Source of the DNA: an uncultured Methanosarcinales archaeon
Lineage (GTDB): Archaea > Nanobdellota > Nanobdellia > Woesearchaeales > CAXGTL01
Reading direction: 5' to 3'
DNA length: 64,000 nucleotides
NCBI GenBank assembly: GCA_964535955.1
Contig: CAZHVK010000002.1
Location: 8,122 to 72,121 of the forward strand
Shown here: positions 10,023-21,524 of the stretch, piece by piece
Layout: each line of letters opens with the position of its first letter
Position numbering within the stretch: the first letter of the stretch is position 1
The notes under the pieces: generated by a model
The model's database searches: none
What the model was told of the DNA's origin: nothing
The model's input: the letters and a program-made list of their open reading frames with translations, nothing else
Translations under genes and position numbers: made by a program

Positions 10023-12305
10023 CTAGCCCATATAACTAGGTCTTTCATCTTTCATCTGTTTTGCTTTAGAACTTCTAAAGAAATTCTGCAGATCTTTGTA
10101 AGCTTGCTCAATATCTTTACTAGCTGAAGGCCTTACTTTTTCCAAAGCCATTTCAAAATGTTTTAACTTAACTTCTTTTGCTTTTATATCTTCACGCAAA
10201 GCAAAGATTGCAGCTTCACGACAGATAGACTCAATATCAGCTCCTGTGTAATATTTACTTTCTTTAGCTAATTTATCTAATTTAACATCTTTTGCTAACT
10301 TCATATCTTTTGTATGTATCTTAAATATTTTTAACCTAGACACATCATCAGGCACACCAGCTAACACAATCCTATCAAACCTGCCAGGCCGCAGCAAAGC
10401 AGTATCAAGAATATCAGGTCTATTTGTTGCACCAATTATTATAACATCATTCAAATCCTGCAACCCGTCCATCTCTGTCAAGATCTGATTAACCACTCGT
10501 TCTGAAACTCTTCCATCTGCACCAATTCCTCTTTTAGGAGCTAATGCATCAATCTCATCAAAGAAAATTATACAAGGCGAAGCTTGCCTAGCTTTTTCAA
10601 AAACCTTACGAACACCCCTCTCAGATTCACCAACCCACATAGAAAGAAGTGAAGGACCTTTTACCAAAATAAAATTAGCTTTGCTTTCATTTGCAACAGC
10701 TTTAGCAAGTAATGTTTTACCAGTACCAGGTGCACCATAAAGTAGAACACCTTTAGGAGGTTTAATACCTAGTCTTTTGAAAGAACCAGGATGTTTTAAT
10801 GGCCATTCAACAGCTTCTGATAATTCTTGTTTAACATCAGTCATCCCACCAATATCATTCCAAGTAATATTAGGAATCTCAACAAAAACCTCTCTCATAG
10901 CTGAAGGGCGAACAACTTTTAATGCTTCTCTAAAATCTTTCATATGAATTCTTAATTTTTCTAAGATTTCTTTTGGAATAGTTGTTTCTTCTTTTAACTT
11001 GATCTCAGGCAATATTCTACGCAAAACAACCATTGCAGCTTCTTTTGCTAATGCAGCAAGATCAGCTCCAACAAAACCATGAGTAATTTCAGATAATTTA
11101 TCTAATTTAACATCTTTTTCAAGAGGCATATTCCTTGTATGAATCTTTAGAACATTTAACCTGCCTTCTCTATCAGGAACACCAATTGAAATTTCCCTAT
11201 CAAACCTACCTGGCCTACGAAGAGCAGGGTCTAACATATTAGGAATATTAGTAGCAGCAATCACAACAACCTTGCCACGAGATTGCAGACCATCCATATT
11301 AGCTAACAACTGAGCCACTACACGACGTTCAACTTCTCCTTTAACTTCTTCTCTTTTAGGAGCAATTGCATCAATTTCATCAATAAAAATAATAGAAGGT
11401 GCATTTTTCTCAGCTTCATCAAACTTTTTACGAAGATTTTCTTCACTAGCACCATAATATTTAGACATAATTTCAGGACCATTTATTAAAATAAAATGTG
11501 AATTAGTTTCATTTGCAACAGCTTTAGCAAGCAATGTCTTACCAGTACCAGGAGGACCATGTAACAACACACCTTTTGGTGCTTCTATACCTAGTGTTTC
11601 AAATATCTCAGGATGTTTTAATGGCAGCTCTACCATTTCACGAATCTTCTTAATCTCTTCTTGCAAACCACCAATATCTTCATAAGTAATATCAGGTATT
11701 GTTTCTTCTTTAACTTCTACAGCCTCAGGATTCAAAACAACCTGAGTAGAATCAGAAATAACAACAGCACCTTTAGGATTTGTTTCAGCAACAACAAACT
11801 TCAAACCACCTAAACCAAAACCCATTGAACCTTCATCAAGCATGCTAAAAATATCATCAAAAAAAGGATTTTTAGATACAGCAGTCCTTCTTCTTCTTGC
11901 TCCACCTAGTGAAACAATATCACCTTTAATAATAGCTCTCCCAAGCAAACCTTGTTTAAATATATTAGATGATGTTCTTATAACAACCCCCTTTCTTGCA
12001 GGTGCAATTGTAATTTTCTTTGCTTCTTTAACATCGGCTTTCTTAACAGTAACCATTTCTCCAATTCCTGTGCCAGCATTTCTTCTTTGTGTTCCATCAA
12101 CTCTAATAATTTTCAAACCAATATCACCAGGATAAGCTCTATCAACAATACCAACTGTAGCACGTTCACCTTTAATCTCAACAATATCACCTGGCCTAAC
12201 ACTAATCTCCTGCATAAAAGAATTATCTACACGAACAATACCTTTATCAACATCATCTTGTACAGCTTCTGCAACCTTAAGATTTAACACTTTTTCTTCA
12301 GCCAT
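10023..12305 (-). CDS. cdc48: CDC48/VAT AAA+ ATPase
   Basis: Two AAA modules ([16 protein letters not shown]; DEID Walker B; RPGRFDR) and an N-domain. Confidence 0.97.
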   Translation of the reverse strand: MAEEKVLNLKVAEAVQDDVDKGIVRVDNSFMQEISVRPGDIVEIKGERATVGIVDRAYPGDIGLKIIRVDGTQRRNAGTGIGEMVTVKKADVKEAKKITIAPARKGVVIRTSSNIFKQGLLGRAIIKGDIVSLGGARRRRTAVSKNPFFDDIFSMLDEGSMGFGLGGLKFVVAETNPKGAVVISDSTQVVLNPEAVEVKEETIPDITYEDIGGLQEEIKKIREMVELPLKHPEIFETLGIEAPKGVLLHGPPGTGKTLLAKAVANETNSHFILINGPEIMSKYYGASEENLRKKFDEAEKNAPSIIFIDEIDAIAPKREEVKGEVERRVVAQLLANMDGLQSRGKVVVIAATNIPNMLDPALRRPGRFDREISIGVPDREGRLNVLKIHTRNMPLEKDVKLDKLSEITHGFVGADLAALAKEAAMVVLRRILPEIKLKEETTIPKEILEKLRIHMKDFREALKVVRPSAMREVFVEIPNITWNDIGGMTDVKQELSEAVEWPLKHPGSFKRLGIKPPKGVLLYGAPGTGKTLLAKAVANESKANFILVKGPSLLSMWVGESERGVRKVFEKARQASPCIIFFDEIDALAPKRGIGADGRVSERVVNQILTEMDGLQDLNDVIIIGATNRPDILDTALLRPGRFDRIVLAGVPDDVSRLKIFKIHTKDMKLAKDVKLDKLAKESKYYTGADIESICREAAIFALREDIKAKEVKLKHFEMALEKVRPSASKDIEQAYKDLQNFFRSSKAKQMKDERPSYMG

Positions 12306-12358
12306 ATTACCTTGTTAGAACTTCTTATTTATAAATTTTTATATCTTCAATATACAAA

Positions 12359-12730
12359 TTAATCATCATCTTGTGAGCTCATTTCTTTCATAATTTCTTC
12401 CATAGATTGCTTCATATCATCTTCTAATGACTTTTCATCTTCTTCTGTTTGTTGTATTTCTTTTACTAGTTTCTTACCTAAGGTACTAACTTCTTCCACA
12501 CTCCCTGAATCAACAATAGCTTTTGGCAATGGTCTTACTATTGTTAAAGGAATAACACCTTTTTTAAACTCCATTTTTGCAATAGAGATAGGATTATACT
12601 TTAATTCCACAATATCCTTTTCTGTAAGCTTTATCAAGAACGGAGCACCCATTGCAATCTGCAACGCTCTACTACCTATCATTCTAGCTTTCTCATACTT
12701 TGTAAAATCCTCAGGATTAAATGTTTCCAT
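12359..12730 (-). CDS. rpoK: RNA polymerase subunit Rpo6 (K) with acidic C-terminal extension
   Basis: TKYEKARMIGSRALQIAMGAP...IPLTIVR signature; start moved to METFNP. Confidence 0.92.
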   Translation of the reverse strand: METFNPEDFTKYEKARMIGSRALQIAMGAPFLIKLTEKDIVELKYNPISIAKMEFKKGVIPLTIVRPLPKAIVDSGSVEEVSTLGKKLVKEIQQTEEDEKSLEDDMKQSMEEIMKEMSSQDDD

Positions 12731-12807
12731 ATTTATATATGAAAGTAAGGATTCATTTATAAAAGTATCGTGGAACAATGTTTTTATGAATAGTTAAAAA
12801 CACCATC

Positions 12808-14082
12808 TCAATGTATTATCACATTAATCTTATCACTAACCAAAGAACCAGTATAAACACCACCACGCTGAACCTTTTTCTTATCAATAGAAACAATATT
12901 AGCTAAAACATTCAACATTTTGCCGCTCAACATCACACCTTTAACAGGAATCTTTTCACCATTTTTATAATAATAACAATTGTCAGCTCTTACAGAAAAA
13001 TCTGTTGCTAAAGCATTAGATGTATGCGCACCAATAATAGACCCAACTATCAAACCCTTATTTATCTTATGATATTTTCCATTCAAAACAATGTTAGTAA
13101 AACCAATACCTTGTGAAGAAGCATTGCCAGTACTTTCCTTACCAAAATGTTTAGCTGTATTATGATCATAGACAAAACTTTTCAAAACACCTTTATCAAT
13201 CAACTTAGTATCTCGATTAGGTGAACCTTCAAAATCAACAGCACTAGAATTAACACCTTTATTCAAGATACCATTATCATTTATACTAAAATTAGGATCA
13301 AAAATTTTCTCATCTAACTTATCAACAAAACAAGACTGTTTTTTCTCAACACTTTTGCCATTAAAATTAGTTAAAAAAGCATACATCAATAATTCTGACA
13401 AAGACTCTGGTTTTAATATTACATTAGTCACTTTTGTAGTTAATTTTTTTGCTTTTAAAAAATCCAAACATTCTTTTTTTGCTCTTTTTATCAAATAATC
13501 ATATTTAAAAAGAAAATTTTCACCATCCCATTGCCAGCTACTAGTAACTTTACCATTAGTTCTTCCAGTCGCACCCACAAAAGCTGAAAACGATGTTGAT
13601 TCTTCTGAAATATTTACACCTTGTGAATTAAGTGTTATGCCAAAGCTATGGTGTTTTTCAAGACCACCTTTTGAAAAAGTAATCTTTGGTGCTTTTACAG
13701 ATTTTATCATTTGTTTAGCCATACTTATCAATTTTTCTTCATCTATTTCCAAAATTTTTTTATCAAAGTTTTTTGGATAAATAACTTTACTTCTACCAGG
13801 CAAACCATAAAAATATTCTAATTTTTTGCTTGCTTTTGCAATCTTAAGAGCTTTATTGACTAAGTCCAAAGAAAACTTACTTCCATAACTAACACCTTTT
13901 TGACCATTTTTCCATAAATTAATTACATACATACAAGAATTTGAATAATCTAATGTGTCAAGATTATTATTTTTTATTCCCACACCTTCTGAGACTGTTT
14001 TATTTACATTAACAACTATATAATCAGCTTTCTTTTTTCCGAATTTCAACAATTTATGTGCATTCTGTTTAATATTTTCCAT
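12808..14082 (-). CDS. pmbA: TldE/PmbA family protein
   Basis: DFEGSP...LIDKGVLKSFVYD, STGNA; adjacent to tldD. Confidence 0.85.
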   Translation of the reverse strand: MENIKQNAHKLLKFGKKKADYIVVNVNKTVSEGVGIKNNNLDTLDYSNSCMYVINLWKNGQKGVSYGSKFSLDLVNKALKIAKASKKLEYFYGLPGRSKVIYPKNFDKKILEIDEEKLISMAKQMIKSVKAPKITFSKGGLEKHHSFGITLNSQGVNISEESTSFSAFVGATGRTNGKVTSSWQWDGENFLFKYDYLIKRAKKECLDFLKAKKLTTKVTNVILKPESLSELLMYAFLTNFNGKSVEKKQSCFVDKLDEKIFDPNFSINDNGILNKGVNSSAVDFEGSPNRDTKLIDKGVLKSFVYDHNTAKHFGKESTGNASSQGIGFTNIVLNGKYHKINKGLIVGSIIGAHTSNALATDFSVRADNCYYYKNGEKIPVKGVMLSGKMLNVLANIVSIDKKKVQRGGVYTGSLVSDKINVIIH

Positions 14083-15444
14083 TTAACTACCACCAACAAT
14101 TGCATCTTTTATCAAAATTCTAGGGCATCTTCCATCTACAAAAGCCCATTGACCATTTTTTCCGCATTGACCAGGTCTAGAATCATCAAGTTTGTTTCCA
14201 ATTGCTTTGATATTTTTCAAAAGTTCTAATATGTTACCAGTTAATGCAACATTTCTTAATCTTTGCTTTAATTCTCCATTTTTTACTACAAATCCTTGCA
14301 TACACGCAAATTGAAATGTACCTTTTGCAGGACTTACTTGGCCACCTTTTGAACCAACTAAATAAAAACCATTTTTTAATTTTTTTAATAATCCTTCAAA
14401 AGAATAATCTCCTTTACCAATATAAGTGTTAGACATTCTTACTTGCAACCTATGAGAAATATCTTGTGCTCTTCCATTGCCAGTAGGTTTAACACCAAGA
14501 TAAGCAGCACTTTCTCTTGAATGTAGATATGAATTTAAAATACCATTTTTTATTAAAGTAGTGTTAGATGTTTTTGTACCTTCATCATCATAAAACTGTC
14601 CACCCCATGAAGAATTCTTGCCACGAGAATCATCATATACATTAACAAAATCATTTGCAATCTTCTTTCCCTGCAAATCTTTTAGACAAGATAAATTTTC
14701 CATTATATGATCTGCTTCACTCGCATGACCTAATGCTTCATGAATAAAAACTTCTGCTAAAGGACCATCAATAATAATATTTGATTTTCCGCCTTTAGGA
14801 TTTTTTGCTTTTAACATTGCTAAAGCATTATCATTAGATTTTTTAGCAACTTTAGGAAACCTTTTAGTAGTTTCATAACCATCCATTCCACCAGTAGCAT
14901 CTGCATAATTTTCAATAAATTTATCTTTAGCAGTAGAATGAACTCTAATATAAGTAAAAACTAAATTTTGTTTAATATCACTTCCAACAGAATTAGTAAA
15001 ATAATTTTTTTTATAATATTCAGAATAAGTTGCTTGCCTTGAAACTATGTTCTTTTCAGTTGGTTTACTATATTCTAAAACAAGTTTCTTTTTTTCTTCA
15101 AATGAAATATTCTTAGGATTTATTTTAAATTTACTTTTTTTATTATCTTTTATTGTTTTGCCAATATATATATCCCTTATCTCTTTAGTATTTTTATCCA
15201 TCAATTTAGCAATCTTAACAGCTTTATTAACAACCTTTTTTATATCTCCATCATAAGAATATGCAAACCCAACACCATTTCCAACAAATATTCTAAAGTT
15301 TATTCCAGATTTTTCACTACACAACATATCTTTGATTTCATTATTCCATCCTGTAACCCTATTCGCAGAAATAGTCTGATCTCTAAAGTCCCAATACTTT
15401 ACACCACCTATATTTTTTAATAACTTATCTATCTTATTGTACAT
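14083..15444 (-). CDS. tldD: TldD family metalloprotease
   Basis: HEALGHASEAD zinc motif, YDDEG, RMSNTYI, CGKNGQ. Confidence 0.92.
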   Translation of the reverse strand: MYNKIDKLLKNIGGVKYWDFRDQTISANRVTGWNNEIKDMLCSEKSGINFRIFVGNGVGFAYSYDGDIKKVVNKAVKIAKLMDKNTKEIRDIYIGKTIKDNKKSKFKINPKNISFEEKKKLVLEYSKPTEKNIVSRQATYSEYYKKNYFTNSVGSDIKQNLVFTYIRVHSTAKDKFIENYADATGGMDGYETTKRFPKVAKKSNDNALAMLKAKNPKGGKSNIIIDGPLAEVFIHEALGHASEADHIMENLSCLKDLQGKKIANDFVNVYDDSRGKNSSWGGQFYDDEGTKTSNTTLIKNGILNSYLHSRESAAYLGVKPTGNGRAQDISHRLQVRMSNTYIGKGDYSFEGLLKKLKNGFYLVGSKGGQVSPAKGTFQFACMQGFVVKNGELKQRLRNVALTGNILELLKNIKAIGNKLDDSRPGQCGKNGQWAFVDGRCPRILIKDAIVGGS

Positions 15445-15499
15445 AAAGAACAAAAGAATATAGGATTTATTTAAATGTATCTAAAATAAATATGATAAA

Positions 15500-16849
15500 C
15501 TAAATCAAACCTTCATCAACTAACTCTTCATAAAGAAATTCAGCAACAACCAAATGTCCATTTTCATTAAAATGTCCATCAAAAGGAAAAAACAAAGGCT
15601 TTGTCTCAGCATTTCTAAAAGTTTCTAGACTATTCATAACAATTATATTATTTTCTTTACAAAACTCTTCAACCCTTGACAATGGATCTGTAGAATAAAT
15701 ACTTCCTAATTCAAATCCCCACTTAGTTCTACCAAGACCCCATTCTTCTCCATCAACTTGTATTCCATAAGGATAAACATGCACAATAAACACAATGTCG
15801 TGCTCATCACAAATCTGTTTTAATTTCTTAACATAATCAAGAGTAAGATCCCAATGAGGTTCTAGATCAACATCAACATTATCACGAACAATAATATACT
15901 TATCTTTTTCAACATCATATTTTCCATCGTCAGAAACAATATTTTTTTCAACAAACATTGTTAAGATACTTTCCAGTCTAGGCTTAAGAAAACGAATAAT
16001 ATTAGATTTTAGAAAAACATTTACCAATCTCCGATCTTGCTTAGCTTTTTCAACATCAAAACCAACAATCTCTCCACCTTCATACAGAGCAGACTTATTA
16101 TATTTATAATTATCCATAACATCAGACATATCAAAATTAAGTATCACAATATCAGGTTCTAATTTTAAACCATGATGTTTTAGATATTGATATTCTAATA
16201 TAGATGAATAACTTATAACGCCTGTATTAATAACTTCATAAGTATCACCAAGATTTCCACCACCAACATCAACACCAGAATCATCATTCAACATAGTCTC
16301 TAACTGTTTTGTAAAAGTATCTTCTAAAGAAACACCAAAACCAAGTGTAAAAGAATCACCCAACATCAATATTCTTGTTTTATCACCTTTTTCACCTATT
16401 TCATGATCACGCAGACCAATTGAATTAATTTTAGAACTTATATCCCATTCATCTGTTTTAGACCTTGATTCTGACAAAGGTGTATTTTTATGATGCAATA
16501 AATGGTCTGATCTATCTTCACCAACAGGTGGAACAACAAATGATAACACAAACTCCAAAAACAAAAGACAGATCACAACAGTAACAAACAACAACAACAC
16601 ATTCTTTGAAAAATCTTTATGTCTTCTAAAAAACAGGTCAACCTTTTTTCTTAAAAAAACAAACACCATTCCAACTAAAATCAACAAAAGACTAAAAACA
16701 ATTATAAGATACTTAAAAATCACAGCTTCTAATGAAGTAACAGGATTAGATGTCAATGGCAATTTATATTTCATACCAAAATTAAAGATAAACAAGCCTA
16801 AGAATAAACCAATAATTGCAAATATGTTTCTTAACTTCAACCTAACCAT
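15500..16849 (-). CDS. Membrane-anchored SGNH/GDSL hydrolase (AlgX/AlgJ-like polysaccharide acyl-modifying)
   Basis: N-terminal TM helices; LGDSFTLG block I; DGHFNENGH catalytic DxH. Confidence 0.8.
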   Translation of the reverse strand: MVRLKLRNIFAIIGLFLGLFIFNFGMKYKLPLTSNPVTSLEAVIFKYLIIVFSLLLILVGMVFVFLRKKVDLFFRRHKDFSKNVLLLFVTVVICLLFLEFVLSFVVPPVGEDRSDHLLHHKNTPLSESRSKTDEWDISSKINSIGLRDHEIGEKGDKTRILMLGDSFTLGFGVSLEDTFTKQLETMLNDDSGVDVGGGNLGDTYEVINTGVISYSSILEYQYLKHHGLKLEPDIVILNFDMSDVMDNYKYNKSALYEGGEIVGFDVEKAKQDRRLVNVFLKSNIIRFLKPRLESILTMFVEKNIVSDDGKYDVEKDKYIIVRDNVDVDLEPHWDLTLDYVKKLKQICDEHDIVFIVHVYPYGIQVDGEEWGLGRTKWGFELGSIYSTDPLSRVEEFCKENNIIVMNSLETFRNAETKPLFFPFDGHFNENGHLVVAEFLYEELVDEGLI

Positions 16850-16963
16850 GATAATAAAGAACGATTACCAATATAAAAGTTTAATTAAAGTACAGAATAT
16901 AGGATGAAGAGATATAATTAACACAAAGCAAAAATCAGATAAAAAAGAAAAAGAAAAAAACAA

Positions 16964-17386
16964 TTACCTTAACAAAAATGCAAGCACAAAACCAACAACC
17001 ATTACAATCATTGGAATTTTTTCAGGAATTTTAATTCCCATTATCAACAAACCAATCAACAAGATTGCAATTCCACCTATAATCTTCAAAACATTTAGGT
17101 TTACAAACTTCAACAACTCTGGTCCAATACCAGCTGCAAGAACAACAATGATTGTTGATATGATTCCAGCTAACAAAGCAGCAATCATTCTTTCTCGCAT
17201 AGAGCCTTCAAACAACACAGCTGTAAGTATTGCAGCTGGTCCAGCCATGAACAAGATTGCTAATGAAAAAGCATTTTCCCATCTAAACAATCCAGCCAAA
17301 GCTGCCAATGCTACATGACCATTAAGTCCGCCAAGACCTAAGATCATTACAAGTTTTTTTGCTTGTTTTTGTATCATTTTAATCAA
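16964..17386 (-). CDS. Hypothetical multi-pass membrane protein
   Basis: Highly hydrophobic 140 aa; overlaps the stop of the upstream ORF. Confidence 0.7.
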   Translation of the reverse strand: MIKMIQKQAKKLVMILGLGGLNGHVALAALAGLFRWENAFSLAILFMAGPAAILTAVLFEGSMRERMIAALLAGIISTIIVVLAAGIGPELLKFVNLNVLKIIGGIAILLIGLLIMGIKIPEKIPMIVMVVGFVLAFLLR

Positions 17387-17696
17387 TCTTTAATTGCTGA
17401 ATTATATCATCTAAATCTCCAAGTTTATCGAGTGTGTTTAACATTTTTTCATAAGTAATTTCAAAACCACACATATAATTCCACTTACTCAACCGTACCA
17501 TATCCTCCATAAATTGCATAACACCTTCAAGTCCTAACTTATCCATGTTATTTAAAAACTCAACACTAGGTGGACAATGACAATACATTATTGGTAAACC
17601 CTCAACTAGATCAGCCAATAATTTTCTCTGTTCTTTACTTAATTTATTTTTATCTGATTTAACTCCTGATATGTATCCCATTTTCTTTTCCTCCAT
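17379..17696 (-). CDS. Hypothetical protein (CHC motif)
   Basis: ORF with SD-like AGGTGA upstream; no recognised family. Confidence 0.65.
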   Translation of the reverse strand: MEEKKMGYISGVKSDKNKLSKEQRKLLADLVEGLPIMYCHCPPSVEFLNNMDKLGLEGVMQFMEDMVRLSKWNYMCGFEITYEKMLNTLDKLGDLDDIIQQLKID

Positions 17697-17802
17697 CTAT
17701 CACCTATACACTATAATACATAATCCACCCTTATATAAATAACTGAAGATTATTCCAATATTAACCACAAATCTTATAAATAATTGAATATTATACGAAA
17801 AT

Positions 17803-18252
17803 ATGAAAAATATAACACCAAAACTAATAGAATTATTCAAAAAAGGATTTTGCACACCACAAATAGCTAGGATTGCTAAAAAACTAAAACAACCATCAAC
17901 AACAATACATTACAATATAAAAAAACTAGAAAAACTAGGAGCAATAAAAGCATACAAAGCAGTCTTTGACTATAAAAAGATTGACCAAGGACATTGCACA
18001 TATGTAATGATCAATTTATCACAAGAAACATATGGTGATCCAGAATCAATTGCAAAACAATTAGCAAAAGATCCAAAGGTTGAAAGTGTTGACATTTGTA
18101 CAGGAGATTATGAATTAATAATCAAATTAAGAAACAAAGACATTGATGAATATTATGAATTTATGAAACACATTATAAAAAAACATAAATTTAGAAAAAG
18201 TGTTTCAATGACTTCTCTGAAGCAAGTTAAGACAGGGTTTGTTGAGTTGTGA
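17803..18252 (+). CDS. Lrp/AsnC family transcriptional regulator
   Basis: HTH (IARIAKKLKQPSTTIHYNIKKLEKLG) plus RAM domain (TGDYELIIK). Confidence 0.9.
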   Translation: MKNITPKLIELFKKGFCTPQIARIAKKLKQPSTTIHYNIKKLEKLGAIKAYKAVFDYKKIDQGHCTYVMINLSQETYGDPESIAKQLAKDPKVESVDICTGDYELIIKLRNKDIDEYYEFMKHIIKKHKFRKSVSMTSLKQVKTGFVEL

Positions 18253-19329
18253 TCATCTAGTCACTTGAAAACTATTTACCTGTTCTAACAATTTCTTAGC
18301 CTTAGCATTCTTTTCAAAATGTTCCCGTACAGGTTTAACCAATTCATTGATATAACCAGCAACACTTTGCTTTAGATCCATTGGATGAAGATCTCCTTTA
18401 GAAAATGATTTAGCTAAATCACTATAACTTTCAAAACTTAAGTCACCACCAAACTTCTCAGGCCTCTTCACTTCTAAAACAGGAAACTTTTCAAAGACCA
18501 TGTATTTACAATACTCTAAGATAGGATTTTCTATAACAACCTTTTCTGGACAATAAGCTTTATTTATTTTTCTTTTTATATCTTTTTCATTATCAGTCAT
18601 AAATATAGCAGTATCAGGTTTTGACTTTGACATCTTCATTTCTATGCCTTTATCAGCTCCAGTTAAATTAGTTGCAGGAGGTTTACCTAAACCCATTACC
18701 ATATGATGTGAAACAACAACAGGCTTCCAAAAACCTAATTTAGGACCCACCTCACGAGCCAAGACATTCACCTTACGCTGATCCATACCCAATTGAGTAA
18801 TATCAGCTTTTAGATGAAATATGTCAGCACACTGCATACAAGGATAAAATATTTGTGCAGCTGAAAGAGTTTCTCCTTCTTTTCTTCCCATTATCTGAGA
18901 ACATCTTTTTATTCTTGTCACAGTATTTGCTCTTGCAATATTAACAACCTTTTTCCAATATTCATCATCGGCCATTACATCTTTTGACCATAAAAATTCA
19001 ATCTTATTAATATCCATACCACAAGCTTTCCAAACTTCTATTTGATAGTTTCCAACTGTTCTTAATTTTTCCAAGTCACCACCCATTTTATTATTCATCC
19101 AACCAAACCAATCAGCAACCCACATCTTAAACTTAATACCAGCTTTTAACATCTTATTAACATTTATAGCTCTCAGAACTCCTTGAGCAATATGCAAATG
19201 ACCACTAGGTTCAAAACCATCATAAGCAATAGGATGAGCTTTAGTTTCTAACAACTCTTTTAATTCTTTTTCTGTTAGAATTTCTTCACCAACTTCTTTA
19301 ATCAATCTTAATTTTTCATTTGTATCCAT
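18253..19329 (-). CDS. tyrS: Tyrosine--tRNA ligase (archaeal type)
   Basis: YDGFEPSGHLHIAQG, YPCMQCADI, QLGMDQRK, KMSKS. Confidence 0.96.
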   Translation of the reverse strand: MDTNEKLRLIKEVGEEILTEKELKELLETKAHPIAYDGFEPSGHLHIAQGVLRAINVNKMLKAGIKFKMWVADWFGWMNNKMGGDLEKLRTVGNYQIEVWKACGMDINKIEFLWSKDVMADDEYWKKVVNIARANTVTRIKRCSQIMGRKEGETLSAAQIFYPCMQCADIFHLKADITQLGMDQRKVNVLAREVGPKLGFWKPVVVSHHMVMGLGKPPATNLTGADKGIEMKMSKSKPDTAIFMTDNEKDIKRKINKAYCPEKVVIENPILEYCKYMVFEKFPVLEVKRPEKFGGDLSFESYSDLAKSFSKGDLHPMDLKQSVAGYINELVKPVREHFEKNAKAKKLLEQVNSFQVTR

Positions 19330-19364
19330 TATTTATTCACCTTTTTTATTTAATTGAATTATAT

Positions 19365-19414
19365 CACACCTTATCTTACCAGGGGCGGGTGGCCAGGAGG
19401 CAAGGATTGGTGGG
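19365..19414 (+). repeat. G-tract dispersed element, copy 1
   Basis: AGGGGCGGGTGGCCAGGAGGCAAGGATTGGTGGG preceded by a C-rich leader. Confidence 0.75.
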
Positions 19415-19484
19415 TTTATCATATAATTTTAATAGAGTATACAACATACTATAAAAACTTTTTTATAAAAAAGCAAGAAATTCT

Positions 19485-20486
19485 CTACCCCCAAACACCA
19501 CCAACAACTTCACCACAACTATAACATTTACCACTACTTAATTTATTCTGCAGAACAGTATAAGCTTTTCTTTCAATCAAAAGATTGCCACACTTAGAAC
19601 AACAAGTATTTTCAGCTTTATCAGTCAACATATTACCAACATAAACATAATGCAATTTCTTACGAGCAATATCATAAGCTTTCATAAGAGTCTTCACATT
19701 AGTAGCAGGAACATCATTCATTTTATAATTAGGAAAAAATCTAGAAATATGTAATGGCACATCAGCACTAAGTTTATCATGAATCCAGTCAACCATTTTT
19801 GTGATCAGACCCATATTATCATTAAGACCAGGAATAACAAGATTAGTCAGTTCAAGCCAGACACCAAGTTTATGAATAGTTTTAATAGTATCTAACACAG
19901 GCTCTAACCTACCACCACAATATCTAGTATAAAATCTAGGATCAAAAGCTTTAAAATCAACATTAGCAGCATCTATATAACGATACAATTTTTTCAAAGG
20001 CTCTTGATTAATGTAACCATTTGTTACCATTATATTTTTCAAACCCTTACGCTTAGCCAACCTAGCAATATCTAAAACATATTCATAAAATATAGTTGGT
20101 TCTGTATAAGTATAAGCAATACTTTTACATCCTTTATCAATTGCTTCAACAACAACTTCTTTAGGTTCTAAAGAATGACCAAATACTTCATCATTTTGAG
20201 AAATTTCATGATTTTGACAATGTTTACAATGAAGATTGCAGCCAACTGTACCAATTGAAAATACATCAGAACCAGGAAGTAGGTGAAAAATAGGTTTTTT
20301 TTCTATTGGATCAACATGAACAGCACATGGTTTGCCATAAACTAAACTAATAAGCTTACCATCTTCATTTTTCCTAACCCTGCAATTTCCTACAGAACCA
20401 GGTTTAATCAAACAATTATTAGGACAGAGTATACATTTAATCTGATTATTTTCCAATTTTTTATAGAAAAGAGCTGTTTTTGCCAT
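19485..20486 (-). CDS. AmmeMemoRadiSam system radical SAM enzyme
   Basis: CILCPNNC, DPIEKKP, GCNLHCKHCQN, AYTYTEP. Confidence 0.92.
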   Translation of the reverse strand: MAKTALFYKKLENNQIKCILCPNNCLIKPGSVGNCRVRKNEDGKLISLVYGKPCAVHVDPIEKKPIFHLLPGSDVFSIGTVGCNLHCKHCQNHEISQNDEVFGHSLEPKEVVVEAIDKGCKSIAYTYTEPTIFYEYVLDIARLAKRKGLKNIMVTNGYINQEPLKKLYRYIDAANVDFKAFDPRFYTRYCGGRLEPVLDTIKTIHKLGVWLELTNLVIPGLNDNMGLITKMVDWIHDKLSADVPLHISRFFPNYKMNDVPATNVKTLMKAYDIARKKLHYVYVGNMLTDKAENTCCSKCGNLLIERKAYTVLQNKLSSGKCYSCGEVVGGVWG

Positions 20487-20595
20487 AACAATTAATATAA
20501 AACAAGTACAATATAAATGTTCATTACCACTAAGAGATAGTTAGAAAAGTTTTAATAGGGATTTGAATTTAAAACCACTAAGGGGTGTTACTAAT

Positions 20596-21255
20596 ATGGG
20601 ATTATTTGGATTAGGAAAAAAGAAAAAAGCTAAAGATTCAAGTCTAGGAGAATTAGGAAGTTTACCAAAATTACCAGAATTGCCTTCATTACCAGGAACT
20701 AAAAAATTAGAATTACCACAAATTCCGAAAAAAAGACAAGGACTTTCTTTTCCAGGTAAAATACCTTCATTAAATAAACAAGTAAAGCCAATAAAATCTT
20801 CACAAGATATTGATATTCCTGCAATTAGAGTTAAACCAAAAACAAATGAGAAAAAACTAGTTATTAGAAAACCAATAGAAATAGGATCAAAAAAACCAGT
20901 GGAAATAGAACCAGAAGAAAGAAAACCAATGCTCAAAAAAATAATAAGAAAGCCAATGCAAATTTTATCAAAAGCAAAAAGATATGAAGAACAAATTGTT
21001 AGAGAAGAAAAAGAAGAGTTTCATGAACTTCATGCACATTTAATAGGAAAACCTGTTTTTGTTGAAGGAAATATTTTTAAAGAGATTCTTACAGATATCA
21101 CAATAATAAACAACAATCTAAAAGAAGGAAATGATTCTTTAGAAAAAATAAAATCAATAGAAAAAAGAAAAACAACTAAATTTATTAATTTAAAATCAAG
21201 CATCCTAAATGTTCAAAGAAAATTAATTTTTATTGATAGATTAATATTCAAATAA
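20596..21255 (+). CDS. Hypothetical protein, Pro/Lys-rich N-terminus + C-terminal coiled coil
   Basis: SD-like GGGGTG upstream; C-terminus resembles the next ORF. Confidence 0.7.
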   Translation: MGLFGLGKKKKAKDSSLGELGSLPKLPELPSLPGTKKLELPQIPKKRQGLSFPGKIPSLNKQVKPIKSSQDIDIPAIRVKPKTNEKKLVIRKPIEIGSKKPVEIEPEERKPMLKKIIRKPMQILSKAKRYEEQIVREEKEEFHELHAHLIGKPVFVEGNIFKEILTDITIINNNLKEGNDSLEKIKSIEKRKTTKFINLKSSILNVQRKLIFIDRLIFK

Positions 21256-21270
21256 TGAGGTGGATAAAGT

Positions 21271-21510
21271 ATGGAAAGATCAAGTGAAATAATGCCTGTT
21301 TATGTCAAAGTTGAAGAATATAAAGAAGTATTAGAACTAATTAACATCATTAAAAATAAAATAAAAGATGCAAAAATTGCATTAGAAGATATTAATAGAC
21401 TAAAAAATGAAGAAGATGCAGAGTTAGAGATTTGGCAGACAAGCATAGAAGAAGTTGAAAGAAAAGTAGACTTTATTGACAGAATAATGTTTGAGCCAGA
21501 AACATTGTAA
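21271..21510 (+). CDS. Small coiled-coil protein
   Basis: SD GAGGTG upstream; heptad pattern. Confidence 0.75.
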   Translation: MERSSEIMPVYVKVEEYKEVLELINIIKNKIKDAKIALEDINRLKNEEDAELEIWQTSIEEVERKVDFIDRIMFEPETL

Positions 21511-21524
21511 TATGGTGGGATAAT

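Noticed and set aside
12808-15453. TldD/TldE as part of a RiPP cluster
   Set aside because: No precursor peptide, YcaO or transporter adjacent; ordinary housekeeping pair.
19485-20486. Orphan AmmeMemoRadiSam enzyme as a novel system
   Set aside because: Partner genes are often unlinked; nothing unusual is visible here.
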